Source: Candidatus Latescibacterota bacterium (GTDB lineage: Bacteria > Latescibacterota > UBA2968 > UBA8231). Taken from it: a stretch of DNA of 64,000 nucleotides. Where the stretch lies: NCBI GenBank assembly GCA_965242865.1, contig CBDETK010000013.1, forward strand, positions 1,376,001-1,440,000, read 5' to 3'. The position numbers were made by a program, and so were the translations under genes. Positions 58,299 through 64,000 of the stretch are shown one piece after another. The notes under the pieces were generated by a model. The model ran no database searches. It was given only the letters and a program-made list of their open reading frames with translations, and had not been told where the DNA came from. Within the stretch, counting starts at the first letter, position 1. Each line of letters starts with the position of its first letter.

Positions 58299-58349
58299 GG
58301 ACTCGTTCCTCTTTGATTGTGGATATAGAAAAGTCCTTCCATGCTGAAT
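58295..58349 (-). pseudogene. 3' remnant of a third ASST copy
   Basis: Reads FSMEGLFYIHNQRGTSP*, compared with FVMKGGLFYIHNQRGASP* at the end of copy 2. Confidence 0.8.
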
Positions 58350-58363
58350 CTGGTGGCTCTCTG

Positions 58364-60397
58364 CTAGTACGCAATGCCCAACGGGCGGAGCTGGGGCTCG
58401 GTGGCAAATTCCGAGCGCAGGTCTAAGGTCGTCAGGTAAAGGCCGGGCGGCAGGAGCCGGCCCGTTTCGTCGCGCCCGTCCCAGCGCAGGTGCTGCGGGC
58501 CGGCGTTTTGCAAGCCGGCCTCGATGGAGGCCACGCGCCGGCCGTTGAGGCTATAGATGGCGAGGACGACCGGCACGGCTTGGGGCAGGCGAAACAGCGA
58601 ATAGGCCACGTGCAGTTCGTCGTTGATGCCGTCGCCGTTGGGCGAAAAGACCGGCGGGGAAAAGGTCAGGTTCTGGATAAAAGCGGTTTTTTGCGCGGTG
58701 GTGCCGAACACGCGCAGGCTGTTGGTCGAGAGGGCTTCGCCCACATCGGCGCCGACGACCGGTTGCGGCAGAACGTCGCGGTCGCTGTCTAGGACTTCGC
58801 TCTGGAACGTGGTCGCGAACTCAAAGACCTCCGTGGCAAAGACGATGCGGATCGGCGGGTTATTGGCGCGGGTGATGCGCTCGGGCAGGTGGATGAGCAG
58901 GCCCTCGGGCTCTGGGGTGACCGCGGCCGGCGCAGTTTCTCGGCGGCCTTGGCCGAGTTGCAGGCTCTTGAGTTCGGTCTGGTGCCCGGTGCGCAGGCGC
59001 AACAGGTCGAAGCCGGGCGCATCCACCGCTGCGAAATCGGCTTGGAGGTCATAGACGAATTCGATGGTTTCGCCCAAGGGAACTTGGGTAATCCCGCTGA
59101 CGGGCTGGGGGTCGTCGGTGGCGGCCACTTCGCCGCGCACGGTCGTGGCCAACAGCGGAGCGGTCTCGATCCACAACGAGTCGAGGCGCGCGAAGTCGTC
59201 AAAGGAATCGCTTTCCATGGCGACTCGGAACTGCAAGTACGCGCCGTTGCGCAGGTTGATCGGTTGGCCCGATTCGACAAAGGGCGCCGACCAGAACGTC
59301 CAATGATCCGAATCGTAGCCAATGGACGCGCGGACTCCCGGCTTGGGCTGGCGTTCGCTCAGGTCGTCTGCGGCCGTGATGCGCACAAACCGAGTGCGGA
59401 GGGCGTTTTCGTAGTGATCGCGCGCCACCACCCGCTCCAGCCCGGTGTCCATGTATTCGTGATAGACGGCCGGGTCGTCGTCTAGGCCGGTGCGCACCTC
59501 GACCTTGACTCGGGCGGCCACATCCGGGGCTTCCACTGCGGTCCCATTGACCATGCGGAATTTCGTGGCCCGCCAGAACAGCCGCCCGAAATTCACTGGC
59601 TCGCCGAGGTGGATTATCTTGGTCTTGTAAATGGCCTGCTGGGGCACCCCTTGGGCAAAGAGCTGGAACTCGCTGATGGAGCCGATGAGGGCGATGGCCA
59701 CATTGCCGCTCTTGGCTTGGGCGTCCTCGTCGAGTAGCGACAGCGTCCGGCGGTAGCGAAAGAAGCGCAGGTACTGACGAGTAAAGTCGATGCGCACCTT
59801 CGGTTCAAAATTGGAATTGATGTCGGCGATGACGGTGGAGAGCGGGTTGACGTTGCCTTCGAGCACCGGGGGTTCGGGGGCTACGGCCGCGGTCACCTGA
59901 AAGGCGGGGACGAAGTCCGTTTGCAGCGGGGTGCCGTCGGAGCGAAAGCCCTCGCTGGGCGGGATAAAGCCGAAGGCCACGGCCGGCACCAAAACGGCCA
60001 AATCCATGGTGAAGGTTTCTTTTTCAATGCGGTCGGCTTTGGGCGGGTTGTACGTGATAGGGTCGCCGTCAATGAGCCACGAGCCGTTTTCCGATGGGTC
60101 GGGGACGCCGTGATTCCACTTCCACATCCGGGGGGTTTCGCCGTCTAGGTAATCGAAGACGCGGTCGCTGGGGTCGCGCCAGAAGGCCCAATTGTCGATG
60201 TGGGAAAAAACCGTCTCGTCAAGCGTGAAGTACGTGGGCTGGATAGCCCTGGGGGTGGTTGCAAAGTCGATGAAGAGGCGGGTCGTGTCGTTTTCGCTCC
60301 AAGCTAGGCCGCTGCCGCCGAGCTGCCAGTGGGAAATCTGGGCGGCGGTGCTTTGCGCGAAAATTAGGATCGACAAGGCAGTGATGGGGACGCGCAT
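58364..60397 (-). CDS. Secreted protein with FlgD-Ig/CHU_C-like tail (E)
   Basis: Signal peptide from ATG 60397; VRTGLDDDP, WTFWSAP, FSPNGDGIND...WDG...PGLY...LGIAY. Confidence 0.82.
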   Translation of the reverse strand: MRVPITALSILIFAQSTAAQISHWQLGGSGLAWSENDTTRLFIDFATTPRAIQPTYFTLDETVFSHIDNWAFWRDPSDRVFDYLDGETPRMWKWNHGVPDPSENGSWLIDGDPITYNPPKADRIEKETFTMDLAVLVPAVAFGFIPPSEGFRSDGTPLQTDFVPAFQVTAAVAPEPPVLEGNVNPLSTVIADINSNFEPKVRIDFTRQYLRFFRYRRTLSLLDEDAQAKSGNVAIALIGSISEFQLFAQGVPQQAIYKTKIIHLGEPVNFGRLFWRATKFRMVNGTAVEAPDVAARVKVEVRTGLDDDPAVYHEYMDTGLERVVARDHYENALRTRFVRITAADDLSERQPKPGVRASIGYDSDHWTFWSAPFVESGQPINLRNGAYLQFRVAMESDSFDDFARLDSLWIETAPLLATTVRGEVAATDDPQPVSGITQVPLGETIEFVYDLQADFAAVDAPGFDLLRLRTGHQTELKSLQLGQGRRETAPAAVTPEPEGLLIHLPERITRANNPPIRIVFATEVFEFATTFQSEVLDSDRDVLPQPVVGADVGEALSTNSLRVFGTTAQKTAFIQNLTFSPPVFSPNGDGINDELHVAYSLFRLPQAVPVVLAIYSLNGRRVASIEAGLQNAGPQHLRWDGRDETGRLLPPGLYLTTLDLRSEFATEPQLRPLGIAY

Positions 60398-60498
60398 GAT
60401 GGCTCTGCTTCCGTAGGGCGCAAACGAGGGACGAGCAGCATGGGCTTTGGGCTTACAATAAATAAATGGTAAGCAATTGCCCAAACGCAGCCAATAAA

Positions 60499-61719
60499 CT
60501 AGGCCCGGAACGGCACCAGCCAATCCTCCTCGATCCCCAAATCGAACCCCGGCCCCCGCGGCACAAATTCCAGATAGCTGTCTTGGGGCACCAGCGCCCC
60601 CGGCTCGGATACTTCTTTTAGCGGAACCCCTGGGTCTGAGCCGATGTAGTATTCGCCCCAAGGCGTGTTGGGCATGGCCCACGTCAAGTGCTGGCCGTAA
60701 GGGTCGCGCCCGCCGCCGTGGAGGCAGACTTCGAGGCCAGCGGCCTCGGCCAGATGGCAGATTTTGATACAGGCGGTCAGCCCGCCGACCCAGTGGATGT
60801 CGGGTTGGAGCACATCGAGGGCGCGGTGCTCGATGAGTTGTTGGTACGGGTAGGGCGTGTAGAAGTGCTCGCCGCTGGCCAGCGTTTGCCACGGCAGGCG
60901 CTCTTTGAGTTGGATGTGCCCTTTGACGTCTTCGGGGATCAAGCACTCCTCCAGCCAGCGCAACTTGTAGGGCCGGAGACGCTCGGCTAGGCGGACGCTG
61001 TATTCGACGTCAAAGGCCATGTAGCAGTCGAGCATGAGCTCGCAGTCGGCGCCGACGAATGCACGGACTTCGGCCACCCGCCGCTCGTTTTGGTCGAGGC
61101 CCCACAGGCCATCGGCCGGGCCGTATTGGCAGGGGAGTTTGAAGGCTTTGAAGCCCAGCTCGCGATACCAATCGACGTCGTCGCCCGTGGCGTAGGTGAA
61201 GATGCGCTCCCGAGCCGGGCCGCCGATGAGCTCGTACACGGGCTTTTGTTGCAGCTTGCCGGCCAGATCCCACAGGGCCAAGTCCACGGCGCTGATGGCG
61301 ACGGTGGCGATGCCGACAGTGCCGAAGGGCTTGGAGACGCGGAACATCATGTCCCACAGCTTGTCGATGGCTAGGCAGTCCTCGCCGACGAGGATGTGGG
61401 CAAAGGCGTCTTCGATTACGGCCGCGACCGGCCGACCGGCGGCCGTGCCCAAGCCCCAAGTGCCGTCCTCGGCCGTGACTTTGACCGCAAAGCCGGGCCA
61501 TTGCCGAGCGGCGTAGAGCTGACGCCGCGGCTTGAAGCGCGGAAAGCGCGACATGGGGTTGGCCACTTCGATTTCGGTGGGCCAAGCCTTGCGGCGGGGG
61601 CGGCTTTGTTGGGCGGGGGCGGTTGAAGCGGAGAGCGTCGAGCCAGCTTGGGAACGGGCGCGGAGGGCCGGGCCATCGGGCCGTTCGACGCGGACGAGAT
61701 CGATGGATTTGATTTTCAT
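60499..61719 (-). CDS. rhmD: Mandelate racemase family enolase, L-rhamnonate dehydratase-like
   Basis: AISAVDLALWDL, LMLDCYM, WLEECL, SGEH, LQPD, KLPCQYGPADG. Confidence 0.75.
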   Translation of the reverse strand: MKIKSIDLVRVERPDGPALRARSQAGSTLSASTAPAQQSRPRRKAWPTEIEVANPMSRFPRFKPRRQLYAARQWPGFAVKVTAEDGTWGLGTAAGRPVAAVIEDAFAHILVGEDCLAIDKLWDMMFRVSKPFGTVGIATVAISAVDLALWDLAGKLQQKPVYELIGGPARERIFTYATGDDVDWYRELGFKAFKLPCQYGPADGLWGLDQNERRVAEVRAFVGADCELMLDCYMAFDVEYSVRLAERLRPYKLRWLEECLIPEDVKGHIQLKERLPWQTLASGEHFYTPYPYQQLIEHRALDVLQPDIHWVGGLTACIKICHLAEAAGLEVCLHGGGRDPYGQHLTWAMPNTPWGEYYIGSDPGVPLKEVSEPGALVPQDSYLEFVPRGPGFDLGIEEDWLVPFRA

Positions 61720-62182
61720 TGGAACACTCGCGATTTGCGTTGTTGCGTTGCGACGGCAGAACGGGTTGAGTAAAGGCAAGGCATTCACACGGGTCAAGCC
61801 GAGATAGCGTTAGTACAGATGCGTCTCGTGGTCCCGGCTAGGCTTGACGGCGACCGTGCTCAATAAGGGCCGCTGGGAATACTTCACCTACTCATGGGAT
61901 TACATCGGTACTGAGCCAGAGGATGGACAAGTCTCCTATGGGATCAACAATGGTCGTATCACCTTCCCCGGCGACCAGCTAGCTACATGGCTAAAAATAG
62001 GGATAGCTCCCTGTTTTTGACTTGATGATCCCTGTAATTTACCTTATATAGTGTCCTAATTCTTAGCCACAAGGGGAGATCGAGGGTCAGAGACGCCCTA
62101 CGATTGTGGCAATTATAAGGCGATAAAGGGAATAGGTCTAAGCCTTTGTTTTTTGGAGGCTTGTACCTTTTTCGATGGAGAG

Positions 62183-62761
62183 ATGAAGATGGAGAGTTCC
62201 GCTGCGACCGCGACCGTCGCTACAACTCCTGCATGGTGGACATTAGGAACGTGGATAAGCGCGATTATACTGACCGTTAGCGCACTAGCCACCATATTTA
62301 TTTGGGTTGGAAGAATGATTGAGTTTAAGGGTGATACCAAGCCCATATTGGACGATATAAGGGATAAGGTAAATCATATCCTTGGAAAAATTGATTCTCC
62401 TGTTGTACGCAGTCAAAGCCCATTAAGTCTAACCGAACTAGGTCAATCGGTATCAGGAGATTTGGGTGCAAAATTGTGGGCCTCGGAGAAATCCAAACAG
62501 GTGCAAAATCTTATTCAAGGGAGTAGGCCCTATAGAATACAAAGATTCTGTTTTGATGCTGTAAGGAGAGAAAACAAAGAAGCGTTAGGGCTTCCGCATG
62601 ACTTTATTGACGATGATATGAATACAAAAATTGAGGATTGCGCTTTTAATAGAGGATTATCTCTACAAAATATACAGGAGGTTCTTGCAATAGAATTGAG
62701 GGATGCAATTCTCGATCTTGAGGGTATTTCTGTCGAGCATCCAGATTTAGACAGTGGTTAG
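62183..62761 (+). CDS. Hypothetical low-GC membrane-anchored protein (probable IS passenger)
   Basis: AT-rich ORF with one TM helix and an SPLSLTELG motif; convergent with the IS1595 remnant. Confidence 0.6.
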   Translation: MKMESSAATATVATTPAWWTLGTWISAIILTVSALATIFIWVGRMIEFKGDTKPILDDIRDKVNHILGKIDSPVVRSQSPLSLTELGQSVSGDLGAKLWASEKSKQVQNLIQGSRPYRIQRFCFDAVRRENKEALGLPHDFIDDDMNTKIEDCAFNRGLSLQNIQEVLAIELRDAILDLEGISVEHPDLDSG

Positions 62762-62765
62762 CCGA

Positions 62766-63044
62766 TCAGTCAGCAATCAAATACGCGTACATCAACCGCT
62801 TACCGATCATCCTCTGCTCCCGCACCTGCTTGGTCTCGCGGTCCTTGAGACCTACGACAATCGCTTTACCAACAGGACCGCGCCCCGAATGTTGCTTCTT
62901 ACTCTCATGCTTATTCTTCTCTTTGCCGCCGACATAGGTTTCGTCGATCTCTATGGGTCCATCCAGCAAAGGCGCATCTAGCTCGTAGGCTTGACGGATG
63001 CGATGTAACATAAACCACGCCGATTTTTGTGTAATTCCTAAATC
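62766..63044 (-). mobile_element. IS1595-family transposase remnant (5' and internal deletions)
   Basis: DLGITQKSAWFMLHRIR...GPIEIDETYVGGKEKNKH...GRG.VGK..VVG.KDR.T.QV joined directly to the C-terminal GKRLMY..LI. Confidence 0.88.
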
Positions 63045-63100
63045 AGATCGTCCAATACAGCCACGAGCCGTTGATATTCGCTCTCTGCATGAGGAACTTC
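63038..63100 (-). pseudogene. Short HigA-like antitoxin N-terminal fragment
   Basis: VPHAESEYQRLVAVLDDLI*, fused at GAT microhomology to the IS fragment. Confidence 0.5.
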
Positions 63101-63146
63101 GTTCAGGCGTTTTCGCGTGATGATATGCAAGGGTACTCCTATCGAT

Positions 63147-64000
63147 CTACCCGTTCCCGCCCCACGCGAGGGCCTCGGCTTCGGCGGCCGACAGGGTGAG
63201 ATCGGCTTCGGCTTCGGCTGGCTCTTGCCACGCGGCGAGCAGCTCGGCCAGCTCGGCCAATGAAGCGGTCGTCAGCAGGCGGCGGCGCAGCGCAGAGGCG
63301 CGGGGCAAGCTCTTGAAGTAGAGCGCGAGGTGCTTGCGCGTCTCGCGGACGCCGGCGCGCTCGCCTTTGTACGCGGCCATCAGGCGCAGCTGCTCCAGCG
63401 CCAAGTGAATGCGCTCGGCGAGGGTCGCGCCGTTGCGGCCAGAAAAGAGCCACGGATTGGCCAAGGCCGCTCGACCGACCATGACCGCGGCACAGCCCGT
63501 TTCTCGCTGCATGCGGCGGGCGTCGTCGAGGGTGAGCACATCGCCGTTGCCGATGATGGGCAGGGCCGAGGCCGCGACCGCCCGGCCGATCCAGTGCCAG
63601 TTGGCGCGGCCCTTGTATTTTTGCACGACCGTGCGGGCGTGAATGGCCACGGCTCGGGCGCCGGCGTCCTCGCAGCGGCGTACCACTTCGAGGATGTTGA
63701 TCTGATCCTCGTCCCAGCCGAGGCGCGTCTTGACGATGACCGGCACAGACACGGCGTTGACGGTGCGCTCAACGGCTTGGTAGAGCCGATCGAGATCGCG
63801 CAAATACGCCGCACCGCAGCCTTTGGCCACGATCTTGGGGACGGAACAGCCAAAGTTTATATCCACCACCTGCGCTCCGCGCCGCTCAAATTCCCGCGCC
63901 CCATTGGCGATCAGGTCGATGTCGTTGCCGTAGATTTGCGCGGCCAGCAGGGAGAGGCCGGTGTCGGCGTAGATGGGCGCGTCGGAAAAGTCGAGCATCT
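63147..64000 (-). CDS. dusB: tRNA-dihydrouridine synthase DusB-like (5' end outside window)
   Basis: QIYG, DINFGC..PK, VKTRLGWD, AIHART, IIGNGD, VMVGRAALANPW. Confidence 0.92.
   Translation of the reverse strand, partial: MLDFSDAPIYADTGLSLLAAQIYGNDIDLIANGAREFERRGAQVVDINFGCSVPKIVAKGCGAAYLRDLDRLYQAVERTVNAVSVPVIVKTRLGWDEDQINILEVVRRCEDAGARAVAIHARTVVQKYKGRANWHWIGRAVAASALPIIGNGDVLTLDDARRMQRETGCAAVMVGRAALANPWLFSGRNGATLAERIHLALEQLRLMAAYKGERAGVRETRKHLALYFKSLPRASALRRRLLTTASLAELAELLAAWQEPAEAEADLTLSAAEAEALAWGGNG

Noticed and set aside
63147-64000. Dus-associated integrative element
   Set aside because: No integrase, and the islet lies at the 3' end of the gene; only IS debris is seen.

Overview
GC-rich bacterial window. 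The gene content (large secreted FlgD-Ig/CHU_C-tailed proteins, DUF6785/6784-type membrane proteins, WD40/YWTD/ankyrin repeat proteins, stand-alone Rpn/Uma2/HicAB genes) suggests a Latescibacterota/Poribacteria-like lineage, possibly a sponge symbiont; this is inference only. No rRNA, tRNA or CRISPR array was seen. Top candidate for an undescribed system: an ECF sigma / membrane anti-sigma / secreted caspase-like (C14) protease operon (32668->28784). Its putative promoter plus 5' UTR (GTAAC-N17-GTGTTTA, 59 nt) recurs ungapped at 49/59 identity directly in front of a low-GC cassette encoding a small Gly/Lys-rich peptide, an intact prokaryotic viperin and a decayed CMPK2-like kinase. This suggests a signal-inducible antiviral viperin operon. 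Second candidate: a multi-paralogue cell-surface/secretion system with five proteins ending in ...AVAY/GIAY, three Ca-motif-rich putative beta-barrel proteins, a PPIase, GT-C/TPR proteins and DUF6785-type transporters. Also present: an Rpn gene with a likely internal antitoxin start, a tandem arylsulfotransferase array with a third-copy scar, an IS1595/HigA scar next to dusB, and an apparent CCWGG methylation-deamination signature.
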